Assembly: GCA_002269645.1 (NCBI GenBank)
Contig: NIVC01000698.1
Coordinates: 1-64,000 of the forward strand
DNA: 64,000 nt
Reading direction: 5' to 3'
Origin: Macrostomum lignano
Taxonomy: Eukaryota
A model generated the notes under the pieces. It searched no databases. It saw only the letters and a program-made list of their open reading frames with translations, and was not told where the DNA came from. This document shows, in pieces, positions 11,178-23,760 of the stretch. Made by a program: the position numbers and the translations under genes. Numbering within the stretch: position 1 is the first letter of the stretch; each line of letters starts with the position of its first letter.

Positions 11178-13509
11178 ACTACGAGCATATACTATAGTCA
11201 GTGCCTCCAGAATACTATGGTAGTTAAGCTAAAGTATATTTCACTTGGTGGGGGGTTGGGCCTTGGGCCTTGGGGTTGGGACTCGGGAGGGTGAAGAACT
11301 GAAGATGTACATATAAGGGTCATATATAGGATGTACAATCACAATGTACATATATGAGCGTACAACCAACTACCTTGCCCTTACCCCTCAGTCCCACACT
11401 CTGACTCTCTTCCTCTCTCCTGAGCCTCACACTCTTTTCCAAGACTAAGCCAGAGGCAAAGGCAAAACTAGGAAGGAATTTTTATTGTGCTACTCGTATC
11501 TTTCAAATTCATGTTATATTATTAGACAGTTTTTGGATTAGAATTCTGTTCAGCTATAAGAATCAAATGTAGTATATATCGACAAAATTAATAACACTAA
11601 CAGTACAGTAATCACATCAGTATCAGTATTGAATACAAACCTTAGAGATTTAGTAATTTCTTACACCCACCAACTAGGCCCACGGGGGGGGATATATCCC
11701 CATATCCCCCCTTGCCTACGCCACTGAATATGCTTAGTTAATAGTATTAGAAATCAGACAAATTTGGAATACTTAGATTTGGAATCAAATTAACCAAATC
11801 TTTAGTTTAAATCAAAATTGGAAAATTGACAATCCAAATACTAAATAATTGCTTTGATATCAGAACAAATATTTGGAAGTTGAAAGTAAAATAGTAGTAT
11901 TGTGGCTTTGAAATGATTTAATGAAATAAAGAATTGGGGATAGTTATGCTCTAAGAAAGGCAGAAAGAATAGAGATATAACAATTAAGTATATTTATATT
12001 AAGATTTAAAAAAGCTTTAGAAGTAAAAAACTTGAAAGTTTGAGTTTAAAGAGTTAAAAACGCTAGGGATTATAGGCATATGGTTTATAAATAAAAGGAG
12101 GAAATTAAGCAAGGATAGGACAACACATGGATATGATATATCTTGAGGAAAGGCAGGGGTGCTTGAGCAGTTGCAAGCTAGTTGTGCTTAGATTCAAGGC
12201 TTTAAGACAAGTGAAGCATTAGGAATTAAGTTTATATAACATAGATTCAAGGGCATTGATTCTTACAAACTTGGAAGGGTGGGGTTAGCATTGGTCTAGG
12301 CACATTTTATTAAACAATAAGTAAAGAGGATAGCCTATTGGTCAAAGGCTACTAAAGGGATATTGTTCACTAAAATATTTGTATTTAATATTATTTGGTA
12401 TTCAAATCAGAATATAATTTCAAATAGCTTGTTTAAGACTTGTTTAAGGCTATAAATAGTATTATTATATCATTTTTAATATTATATAATATTATATAAC
12501 ATTTGAACTATATAACAGTTATATAACATAACATTTAGGCTTATATATCTTTGTTAATATCTATAGATCTATGCTCATATATGCACAATACCTAGCTGAC
12601 CTAGCCAATCTAGTCAGCTGGCAAGAGGCCTAGCTAAGGTAAATTGCAAAAATATCTATCCCATAAATAATAACATATTACAAATTAGTTGATAATGTAT
12701 TTAGCCTTAAAAATACTTTTATAATTATTTCTACCATTTACCAAAAATTATGTTAATGTTTGCTTTGGGTTCTTTCATAGGTAAATTGCATTTCTGGTAA
12801 AAAATTAAGTCACATAGCTATTGTTAATCAAGGGGTTTGCACATGTATGTCTATGCTTAAATAGTAGCTTAAGGCAAACACTTGAATGTTTTAAGAAATA
12901 GAGGAGATACAATACCTAAGCATAGTCTAAGTTATTGAATACTCCTATTGCAGCCAAGGTCTAAACCATTTAGTTTCTAAACTAGGTTTAAACCATATTA
13001 GCCTTAGAATTTAAATACCAAAGGTATTATTAAGGCCCAAGCATTGATAAATGGCTATTTCTAATGAGAAAAATTGTTAGGAAAGGGCAATAGTGTTTTA
13101 TAGCCAAAGAAGGCCTATTCTTTATTATAAAAATATATAAATAATGATAGACAATGGCTTTGGCTATCTTCTTACCTAGAATAAACTAATCAAGATATTT
13201 GTTATATTAGTTTGGTTAGCTATAGTTCATGGCCTCATTGCCATTAATGTAATAATATGCTTATTCCTAAACAAAGTAGTAGCTATAAATGCTAGTCTCC
13301 TCTAGGTATTCTTCCTAGCAATGATTGACTATATTTAAGGTCTAATACAATGGGCTAGTGTTTAACTAAATATGAACTTTTATTAATCAATATTATTAAT
13401 CAAGAAGCCTTGCATAAGATTGATTGAGATTGAAGGCTATAAGATTGATTGCACTGTTGAAGACCATTAGCTCAGCCTACGTAGAGCTAATGTAATAAAT
13501 AGCTTGCTA

Positions 13510-13882
13510 CGAGGGATGTCCCTAAAGTTCCCAGAATGTTTGCTCTAGCTCCTTAGTACCTTGCCCAATTTTTATGTTTTGTGTCAAACTTCCAATAAGT
13601 TTTCAACAAAAAACTTGTCATTTAAATTTCCTTTTTATCTAGTTTCAGTTAGGAGTTACACTAGGAAATGTAAAGGAAGGTCAATATTAGTGTTACATAA
13701 CCTCAAATGTCTGTGGTGTCCTTTTTCCATTATCAATTTTTTTGCAAAAGTTAACTTTGAGCTTATCAGAAAGATGTGGAAACATCTATGGATAAAACCA
13801 TAAAATTGTTTTTTTAAACAAAAAATGGTCATGGTACTTAGGAGCTGGATCAAACATTCTGGGAACTTTGGGATACCCCTTG
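13510..13882. mobile_element. Tc1/mariner-type MITE, 373 bp
   Basis: TA TSD at 13508-13509 and 13883-13884. About 50-bp imperfect TIRs: CGAGGGATGTCCCTAAAGTTCCCAGAATGTTTG versus CAAGGGGTATCCCAAAGTTCCCAGAATGTTTG. TA/CGAGGG is a typical mariner terminus. Confidence 0.85.
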
Positions 13883-14148
13883 TAGATTAGTGACCATTTG
13901 TGACTATTGAAGAGGAAGTAAAGTATGTAATATACTTTTTAAATAAACTATGTGTAGCTTCTAACCTCTAGGCCTTGACATCCTAGCAATTCCCCAATGA
14001 ATGTACATAATGCTTCTTTCATTTTTGAAATGATGCTTTTATGTTTGTCATGACACTTTTTTATGTTTTCCTTCTCAAACATGGCATGGCTCTTAGTGTA
14101 TATTGGTGATACTACTTCACTTTTAATTAAACTTTCCACAGCAATTTA

Positions 14149-17100
14149 ATGGGTGCCGACGTTAGTTTAGGCATCCAACATTGGTCTCTGCAGTCCGCCT
14201 GCTGCTTGCTAATCCCAATACTAGCTGTTCTGCTAGCGCTGCCACCAACCAATGCTCAGACTGTTGACTCGGCCAGCCTGGCCCAACCAATTGTGTTTGG
14301 CCTGACTGTCCGACCGCTGGCCGGATCCAACAAGCCGGGTTGGCAGGGGGCGAACCAGGAGATTCTGGTTGGCAAGATCTACGAATTCCAGCTATTCGGC
14401 CGAGACCTGTTCAACTTGTCGCTGCTTGGCTTCACGGAGCGCGAGCTCAATGGCTCCCTGGCCGACTGTCAAGACAGCAAGATGGCAATAAAATTTCCTA
14501 TTGTTGCAAAGGATGGCAATATTGCTGTGAGCACGGTCTCCGTGCCAGTCAGCTCGTCAGTTACCTCCCACCTGTATCTGTGCGCCAAGGCTAGACGGGG
14601 CGATAGTACCGAAGCCTGGGTGTACTACGGGCCTGAGCTGAGGGTGTACGTAACCCGGCCTATCATACCGCTCTGGGTCTCTATTCTGTTCATCATTGGC
14701 CTGTTTCTGCTGTCTGGTGAGGCTTTGCTGCCTCTGAATTTGCGTTAAATTTCAATTTTTTTAACGTTTACAGCTGCAGAATGTGCTTAGCCATCTTGTT
14801 AGCGTGAATCCATTGAGTAGTGCTGTAATGAGCTGGAATTGAGATCAGCAGCATCAGCTGGAAGTTCACTGTATCTTCCATTGAGATGATCTGTGATCTC
14901 ACTACATATTCCCTTGAGATGAGCTGAAATCTCACTGCATCTTCCATTGAGATGAGCTGAAATTTCACTGCATCTTCCATTGAGATGATCTGGGATCTCA
15001 CTACATATTCCCTTGAGATGAGCTGAAATCTCACTGCATCTTCCATTGAGATGAGCTGAAATTTCACTGCATCTTCCATTGAGATGATCTGTGATCTCAC
15101 TACATATTCCCTTGAGATGAGCTGAAATCTCACTGCATCTTCCATTGAGATGAGCTGGGATCTCACTACATATTCCCTTGAGATGAGCTGAAATCTCACT
15201 GCATCTTCCATTGAGATGAGCTGAAATTTCACTGCATCTTCCATTGAGATGATCTGTGATCTCACTACATATTCCCTTGAGATGAGCTGAAATCTCACTG
15301 CATCTTCCATTGAGATGAGCTGGGATCTCACTACATCTTCCCTTGAGATGAGCTGAAATCTCACTGCATCTTCCATTGAGATGAGCTGAAATTTCACTGC
15401 ATCTTCCATTGAGATGATCTGGGATCTCACTACATATTCCCTTGAGATGAGCTGAAATCTCACTGCATCTTCCATTGAGATGAGCTGGGATCTCACTACA
15501 TCTTCCCTTGAGATGAGCTGAAATCTCACTGCATCTTCCATTGAGATGAGCTGAAATTTCACTGCATCTTCCATTGAGATGATCTGGGATCTCACTACAT
15601 CTTCCCTTGAGATGAGCTGAAATCTCACTGCATCTTCCATTGAGATGATCTGGGATCTCACTACATCTTCCATTAAGATGAGCTGGAATCTCACTGCATT
15701 TCCCATCGATATGAGCTGGAATGCGTTAGAGTCCAATTATCATTCATTGGGTGTAAACTGGGAAACTCACATATTAATGCATATGCTCATATCATACCCA
15801 TATAGTGTCATTTTGAGCCTGCTTAAGTGTCAGAAAAGAATTTTAAAGTTTTAGTTGTTCACTCAACCATTTCTAAGTCAAGCGCTGTCAGTTCTGTCCT
15901 GAGACTCCAAATGAGAGTTTGGGAAATCGTCGGGATAGGAAATGCTCTTGAGACTGTCTTGAGTTGCGTTTCCTGTCTGTCATGATTCTGAAATATAGCT
16001 TCAGTATTGACAAATCCTAATTCAAATTGGCACCTGTCAGTTCTGCTGGATAGATGCATTCACCCTGTGAGAGAATTTTGTGTTGAATCAGGTTCTTGTT
16101 ATGCATATCTTCCAGCCTAAAATGTCTTACTCCTGTCTTCACCTTTCTCAAGTCTAACATGCTGACACAATCCGTCTCTGATCTGGTCCCTGACTCGCAC
16201 TGATCTGGTCCCTGACTCACTGATCTGTTCCCTGACTCACTGATCTGGTCCCTGACTCACTGATCTGGTCCCTGACTCACTGATCTGGTCCCTGACTCAC
16301 TGATCTGGTCCCTGACTCACTGATCTGGTCCCTGACTCACTGATCTGGTCCCTGACTCACTGATCCGGTCCCTGACTTACCATAGGCCTGTTCTCTGGCC
16401 TGAACCTGGGCCTGATGGCGCTGGACATTGCCGAGCTAAAGATCATCTGCCGGGCCGGGACGGCCTCAGAGAAGTCCTACGCAAAGCGGATCATACCGGT
16501 GCGAAAGAAGGGCAACTGGCTACTCTGCAGCCTGTTGCTGGGCAATGTTATGGTTAATACCACCCTGTCTCTGCTGCTGGACGCATTAATCGGTGACGGC
16601 ATCTATGCTGTGATCTCGGCCACTATTGGCATTGTCATCTTTGGCGAGATTATACCTCAGGCATTGTGCTCGAGGCACGGCCTGGCTGTGGGGGCCAGCA
16701 CTATGCCTATTACAATGTTCTTCATGGCGCTCACCTCTCCGCTTAGCTATCCGCTCAGCTTTGTGCTGGACAAAGTGCTGGGCGAAGAGTTTCGTCAGGT
16801 GTGTTATGGTCAATATTAACTGTTTACTAGAGTCTATTTCCATATTCGCAATGTGTTTCAGTAGGAAATATCCCATTGGGATCACAGGTGTCTCGGTATA
16901 AAATATTCCCATTGGTATCACAGGTGTCTCGGTATAAAATATTCCCATTGGTATCACAGGTGTCTCGGTATAAAATATTCCCATTTGGATCACAGGTGCT
17001 TTAATAGAAAATATCTCATTGGGATCACAGGTGCTACAATAGAAAATATCCCAATGAAGACCACAGGTGCTATAATAGAAAATATCTCATTGGGATCACA

Positions 17101-20100
17101 GGTGTCTCGGTATAAAATATTCCCATTTGGATCACAGGTGCTTTAATAGAAAATATCCCATTGGGATCGCAGGTGCTATAATAGAAAATATCCCATTGGG
17201 ATCACGGGTGCTTTTATAGAAAATATCCCATTGGGATCACAGGTGCTATAATAGAAAATTTCCCATTGGGATCACGGGTGCTTTTATAGAAAATATCCCA
17301 TTGGGATCACAGGTGCTATAATAGAAAATATCCCATTGGGATCACGGGTGCTTTTATAGAAAATATCCCATTGGGATCGCAGGTGCTATAATAGAAAATA
17401 TCCCATTGGGATCACGGGTGCTTTTATAGAAATATCCCATTGAGATCACAGGTGCTATAATAGAAAATATCTCATTGGGATCACAGGTGCTTTAATAGAA
17501 AATATCTCATTGGGATCACAGGTGCTTTAATAGAAAATATCCCATTGGGATCACAGGTGTTTCAGAAAATATCCTATTGGGATCACAGGTGTTTTGGCTA
17601 AAAATATCCCACACTGACCCGAACAATCTGCCCATCTCCCCAGGTGTTCGACCGAAACAAGCTCAAAGAGTTCATAGCCGCGCAAGGCCTGGAGCGCACC
17701 GAGGCCAATATAATCCTGGGCGCGCTATCGCTTCAAAATAAAACTATTGGCGAAGTTATGCGCGGCCTCAGCGACGTGTACATGCTGCCGGCTGAGACCC
17801 TCATCGACTCCTTCACTATCGACCAGATCCGCGAGACCGGCTACACCCGGATCCCCATCTATGAGAAGGAGCGCCACAACATTATTAACATTTTGAATTT
17901 CAAAGATCTCACTATTGTTAACCGGGACACGCCAATGCGGGCTGATCTGATCTGCGAGTATTTCAACCGACAGCTGCAGATTGTGTACGATACAGACACG
18001 CTGGACAATGCGCTGAAGCTGTTCCTTAGCAACAGGATTCACCTGGCTATTGTGAAGCATCACGTTGGCGAAGAGGAAGGCAACGAGAAGGATCCTTACG
18101 AGGTCACGGTCGGCCTGGTGACGCTTGAGGACATTCTTGAAGAGATTATTCAGCAGGAGATTGAGGACGAGACTGATATTCCCGGTACTCAATACCTTTC
18201 TGGCTCCTACTCATCTACCTTTCCCTTCTCTTTTCCCCATCTGCTCTTTTCCTCCCACTCTTCCACTCTTACCCTCATCTCCCCTCTCTTCCCGGTCCTC
18301 TTCTCCCAGGTCCTCTTCTCCCCGGTCCTCTTCTCCCCGATCCTCTTCTCCCCGATCCTCTTCTCCCCCGGTCCTCTTCTCTCCGGTCCTCTTCTCCGCG
18401 GTCCTCTTCTCCCCGGTCCTCTTCTCCCCCGGTCCTCTTCTCCCCGATCCTCTCCGCGGTCCTCTTCTCCTCTTCTCTACCCGATCCTCTCCGCGGTCCT
18501 CTTCTCCCCGGTCCTCTTCTCCCCGATCCTCTTCTCCCCATCCTCTTCTCCCCATCCTCTTCTCCCCGGTCCTCTTCTCCCCGATCCTCTTCTCCCCATC
18601 CTCTTCTCCCCGATCCTCTTCTCCCCGGTCCTTTTCTCCCCGATCCTCTTCTCCCCGGTCCTCTTCTCCCCGATCCTCTTCTCCCCATCCTCTTCTCCCC
18701 GGTCCTCTTCTCCCCGATCCTCTTCTCCGCTGTGCTCTCCTCCCCTGTGCTCTCCTCCCCTATCTTTCCCAGTCCTCTTCCCCCCCCCCGTCTTCTCTCC
18801 TTTTCGCTCTCCTACCACCTGCGCTTATTTTCCTCCCTCCGTGTCTCCATCCCCTCTGCCATCTCCTTTCTGCCTAAATTCCCGCAATTCTCGCATTCAA
18901 AATTTCAGAGAATCCCACCGCAATCACTCGACAAAATGCGCGAGCTTTGAAGGGCCTGTGGAAGGAGCTGGCCTTTGGCGGCACCTCCGGCATGCAAATC
19001 CCAGTTCAGCTGAGAATGGCCGCCACCCAGAGCCTCGCTATGCGTGAGTAGAAAGTCTTTCTACATAGATATGGAAGCAGTTAGAGTTATTAAATCGTAT
19101 TGCTTTGCCCATCTGCAGTGCATAGCGACCTGTTTGGCCGCAACGTAATTATGGAACCGGTGTTGGAGAAAATGTTCGAAGAGAAAATCCTTGTGCGTCA
19201 CATGTTCATGTGAGTTGGCTTTGTTCATGCAAGTCAAAGCAAGTTTTTCTTTCTTTTCTATTTACGGTATTAGAGATAGCGTGGAAATAGAAAGAGATTA
19301 AGGACCAAGAAGGAGATTAATGACCAAGAGAAATTAATGGACAATGAAGAGATTATAATCAAGAGAGAGTATGAACAAGAGAGATTATGATCAAGAGATT
19401 TTTAACAAGAGATTATAAACATGTGAGACTATGAAAATGAGAGATTATGAAAATGAGAGATTATGAAAATGAGAGATTATGAACATGGGAGATTATGAAC
19501 AAGAGATTATGATTACAAGATTGCTTCTATTCATGACATGTTATGGCCAAGAGATTATGAGCAAGTATAGCGGAGAAAGATATTAACAGCAAAGGTCAAG
19601 TGACACCTTAGTCGCCAGCTCATTTGAGCAGGTAAATGCGCAAGCCACAATGCAGTATTTTCTATATAAATATATTTTTCAGCTACGGCGACGAGGAGAG
19701 CAACACGATATTCCGGCGCAACCAGCCGTGCGACTTTGGCATCTTCCTGCTGGAGGGCCGCGCCGTACTCGGCATCGGAGTCGAGGACCTGGAATTCGAG
19801 GCCAGCGCTTTCACTTTTCTTGGCGCCAAAGCGCTTACTGGTTCGTTTAATGAATTCTCAATTCCTATTAAGGCATTTAACCAGCTAGAGCAATTCACTG
19901 GTTCATTGATCCTTGCATTCAGAAATTTCCACAGATTCTTATTATCCAGACGAGAATTACCCAAGCTTCTTAATATCAATCCTAGAATTCTCCTCTGGGG
20001 GATAGTCTGTGAATTCCTCCAGAATCATACCCCTCACATAGTTCACAAGGGTTTTAGTACCCGTAAAAGAATTCCCCAAGAATCTTAATACCCATCCAAT

Positions 20101-23100
20101 AATTCCCCTAGAATTTTAATGCCCATCCAATAATTCCCCTAGAATCTTAATGCCCATCCAATAATTCCCTCAGAATCTTAATGCCCATCCAATAATTCCC
20201 CTAGAATCCTAATACCCATCCAATAATTCCCCTAGAATTTTAATGCCCATCCATAATTCCCCTAGAATCCTAATGCCCATCCAATAATTCCCCTACAATC
20301 TTAATGCCCATCCATAATTCCCCTAGAATCCTAATGCCCATCCATAATTCCCCTAGAATCCTAATGCCCATCCAATAATTCCCCTAGAATCTTAATGCCC
20401 ATCCAATAATTCCCTCAGAATCTTAATACCCATCCAATAATTCCCCTAGAATCCTAATGCCCATCTAATAATTCCCCTAGAATTTTAATGCCCATCCAAT
20501 AATTCCCCTAGAATTTTAATGCCCATCCAATAATTCCCCAAGAATCCTAATGCCCATCCAATAATTCCCATACAATCTTAACACCCATCCAATAATTCCC
20601 CTAGAATCTTAATGCCCATCCAATAATTCCCCTAGAATCTTAATGCCCATCCAATAATTCTCCCAGAATCTTAATGCCCATCCATAATTCCCCTAGAATC
20701 CTAATACCGATCCAATAATTCTCTCAGAATCTTAATGCCCATCCATAATTCCCCTAGAATCCTAATACCGATCCAATAATTCTCCCAGAATCTTAATGCA
20801 CATCCAATAATTCTCCCAGAATCTTAATGCACATCCAATAATTCTCCCAGAATCTTAATGCCCATCCAATAATTCCCCTAGAATCTTAATGCCCATCCAA
20901 TAATTCCCCTAGAATCTTAATGCCCATCCAATAATTCCCCTAGAATCTTAATGCCCATCCAATAATTCCCCTAGAATCTTAATGCCCATTCAATAATCTC
21001 CTAGAACCTGAAACTCATGCCTCCACAAAATCTTTATATTTTTTTAAAATTTCCCAAGTCTTGCAAGCTTTAGGGGAACCTACGATTACAATTCCCACAG
21101 AATATCCCTTTTTGCACTCGAGAGCCCCCACTAATCCCAAAACAATTCCCCTAGGAGATTTACAGTATTTCTCCACAGGCAAAAATGCTGCTCTGCTCTC
21201 CAATTTCCCTCTGTTTTCCTTTCAATCCCATTCTCCCTTCCTCTTTCACCTGCGCCCTACATTAACAATAGCCGAATAGCTTGCTTGATTGCAGCGAGAG
21301 AATGTTCATCTTCAAGGCGAGGAGAAGAAGAGCAGAGTGAATGCAATCTGAGTGTTCTCATGTGCGCATGTTTGGGCGTGGCTGATTTGCGCCTCGGTGC
21401 TGTACCTGAGTTCGCGCTGGATTCGAAAGGATTAATAGATGGGGTGGGTGGCCTGCAGGGGATACAGAAGCCTACCCCTTGCTTTGCCGCGCGTGTGAGG
21501 TGGGATTCGATTCTTTAATCCCCGACCGAGTTCCCTACTAATCGGTGTTGGATTTCACTCCAATTACCACCCGGTTGGGTCTAAATGCGATTTTCTATCA
21601 AAGGCAGAGAAAAATTGACGCAGTGTCTCTTGTCCAGTTGAAACCTGTGTCCACGCATGCATGGGACGCTTCAATTTGGGTATTAGCATCTAGTATAGAA
21701 AGCCTTTTATTCAATACTGTACAGAGTTTATGTCATCTTTTTCTCTGTGCATTTCACATTCTCAGCATTGCAGCTTAGTCAGTGTCCGTGGTACCCATCC
21801 GAGAATTCCCCTAATGGTACTAGTACCCATCCGAGAATTCCCCTACGGTACTAATACCCATCCGAGAATTCCCCTAATGGTACTAGTACCCATCCGAGAA
21901 TTCCCCTACGGTACTAATACCCATCCGAGAATTCCCCTAATGGTACTAGTACCCATCCGAGAATTCCCCTAATGGTACTAGTACCCATCCGAGAATTCCC
22001 CTACGGTACTAATACCCATCCGAGAATTCCCCTAATGGTACTAGTACCCATCCGAGAATTCCCCTAATGGTACTAGTACCCATCCGAGAATTCCCCTAGG
22101 ATTACTAATACCCATCCGAGAATTCCCCTACGGTACTAATACCCGTCCGAGAATTCCCCTAGGTACTAATACCCATCCGAGAATTCCCCTACGGTACTAA
22201 TACCCGTCCGAGAATTCCCCTAGGTACTAATACCCATCCGAGAATTCCCCTAGGTACTAATACCCATCCGATAATTTCCGTATTGTATTGAATTGACACT
22301 CATCCGAGAATTCCCCTTATGGTACTAATACCCATCCGAGAATTCCCCTAGGTACTAATACCCATCCGAGAATTCCCCTAGGTACTAATACCCATCCGAT
22401 AATTTCCGTATTGTATTGAATTGACACTCATCCGAGAATTCCCCTTATGGTACTAATACCCATCCGAGAATTCCCCTATTAGGCTACTAACCCATCTGAC
22501 AATTCCCCTAGGTACTAATACCCATCTGACAATTCCCCTTGGGTACTAATACCCATCCGAGAATTCCCCTAGGGTAGTAATACTAATTCAAAAGTCAGTT
22601 AACACCCAATTTTTAAGAAAAATTACCAAGTACTTTAAAAGTCCACAACGGTACAACGCCCCCCCCGGCATTGCAGCCGTGCTTGAACTGCACAGGCGCA
22701 GTCCCGACCGCGTCACGGATCCAACCGAGCTGCGCCGCCTCGTCCAATTCGTGCCCGACTACACCTGCAAGGCCAAGCAGAACCTGCAGTACCTGAAACT
22801 GTCGCAGGCCCAGTACGCCACCCTGCTGCGCATCTCCGACTCGCTGCGCGACATGTGCGCCACTGCAGCCGCCGCCGCCGCCGCGTCCGCCGGTGCACCT
22901 AGCGACCTCCTCGGACCCGGCGAGCTGGACGAACGCTTGAACGCCCTGTTCGCCGCGCACTTCCCGCGCCAGCGCGGCCAGCCAGCCGGCGTCAGGCGGC
23001 CGCACTCGCATCATTCGCTCAGCGGCGGCGCCGCCGCTAATCGCCTGCTGTCGACGGCCAGCCTGGACAGCGGCGGCGCTGGCGTCGCTCAGCCGACAAC

Positions 23101-23224
23101 TCCGACTAGCGTCGGTCCGGCTGGCGATGAAGCAGCTGGTGGCACCGCCGCCTCGGCCGCGGCCGCTCCGGCTGTCCAGGTCTCAAGCCCGTTGCTAAGT
23201 GTCAACGGTGAAGTCGAGACTTGA
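14149..23224 (+). CDS. CNNM: CNNM/ACDP (cyclin M, Drosophila uex-like) metal transporter, 7 exons, about 817 aa
   Basis: Exons 14149-14716, 16386-16798, 17644-18184, 18909-19043, 19119-19209, 19683-19840, 22677-23224; all introns GT-AG and phases consistent. Signal peptide, [15 protein letters not shown] (DUF21/CNNM TM domain), CBS pair ([30 protein letters not shown]) and CNBH domain ([20 protein letters not shown]). Confidence 0.93.
14850..15720. repeat. 33-bp minisatellite, CNNM intron 1
   Basis: Unit TTGAGATGAGCTGAAATCTCACTGCATCTTCCA; explains the spurious [14 protein letters not shown]. Confidence 0.95.
16180..16380. repeat. 20-bp minisatellite ending at the CNNM exon 2 acceptor
   Basis: Unit ACTGATCTGGTCCCTGACTC, about 10 copies, running into CTTACCATAG. 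Confidence 0.95.
16865..17610. repeat. 35-36-bp minisatellite, CNNM intron 2
   Basis: Unit AAAATATCCCATTGGGATCACAGGTGCTATAATAG. Confidence 0.93.
18280..18780. repeat. 15-bp polypyrimidine minisatellite, CNNM intron 3
   Basis: Unit TCCTCTTCTCCCCG(G/A). Confidence 0.9.
20085..21000. repeat. 31-bp minisatellite, CNNM intron 6
   Basis: Unit CCCATCCAATAATTCCCCTAGAATCTTAATG. Confidence 0.95.
21790..22580. repeat. 30-31-bp minisatellite, CNNM intron 6
   Basis: Unit CCCATCCGAGAATTCCCCTAGGTACTAATA, related to the 20085-21000 unit. Confidence 0.95.
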
Positions 23225-23299
23225 AACAAATTTTATTTGAAAAATAATAGAAATGTACACTTTGAACAGTTCAGTAGCTTGGGGTTTTGGCGACCGGTT

Positions 23300-23760
23300 G
23301 AACTTCTGACACATTTCAGTGTCATATTGATTGACACCCCTGACACATTTCAGTATCAGATTGATTGACACCCTTGACACATTTCAGTGTCATATTGATT
23401 GACACCCCTGACACATTTCAGTATCAGATTGATTGACACCCCTGACACATTTCAGTGTCAGATTGATTGACACCCCTGACACATTTCAGTGTCAGATTGA
23501 TTGACACCCCTGACACATTTCAGTGTCAGATTGATTGACACCCCTGACACATTTCAGTATCAGATTGATTGACACCCTTGACACATTTCAGTGTCATATT
23601 GATTGACACCCCTGACACATTTCAGTATCAGATTGATTGACACCCCTGACACATTTCAGTGTCAGATTGATTGACACCCCTGACACATTTCAGTGTCAGA
23701 TTGATTGACACCCCTGACACATTTCAGTGTCAGATTGATTGACACCCCTGACACATTTTA
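23300..23760. repeat. 34-bp minisatellite just 3' of the CNNM stop
   Basis: Unit GACACATTTCAGTGTCAGATTGATTGACACCCCT. Confidence 0.93.

Larger units (their letters stand above)
1363..11726 (-). mobile_element. Outer hAT DNA transposon (ZMYM1/THAP12-like transposase), about 3.84 kb once the nested element is removed
   Basis: TIRs CAGGGGCGTAGCCAAG (1363-1378) and, read on the minus strand, CAGTGGCGTAGGCAAG (11711-11726), 14/16 identical. Perfect 8-bp TSD AATATGCT at 1355-1362 and 11727-11734. Encloses hAT transposase fragments on the minus strand. Confidence 0.95.

Noticed and set aside
1-13480. Fungal-type RIP as the cause of the TA-rich blocks
   Set aside because: CpA dinucleotides remain common while CpG is nearly absent, which fits CpG deamination better; the host genes are also animal-like.
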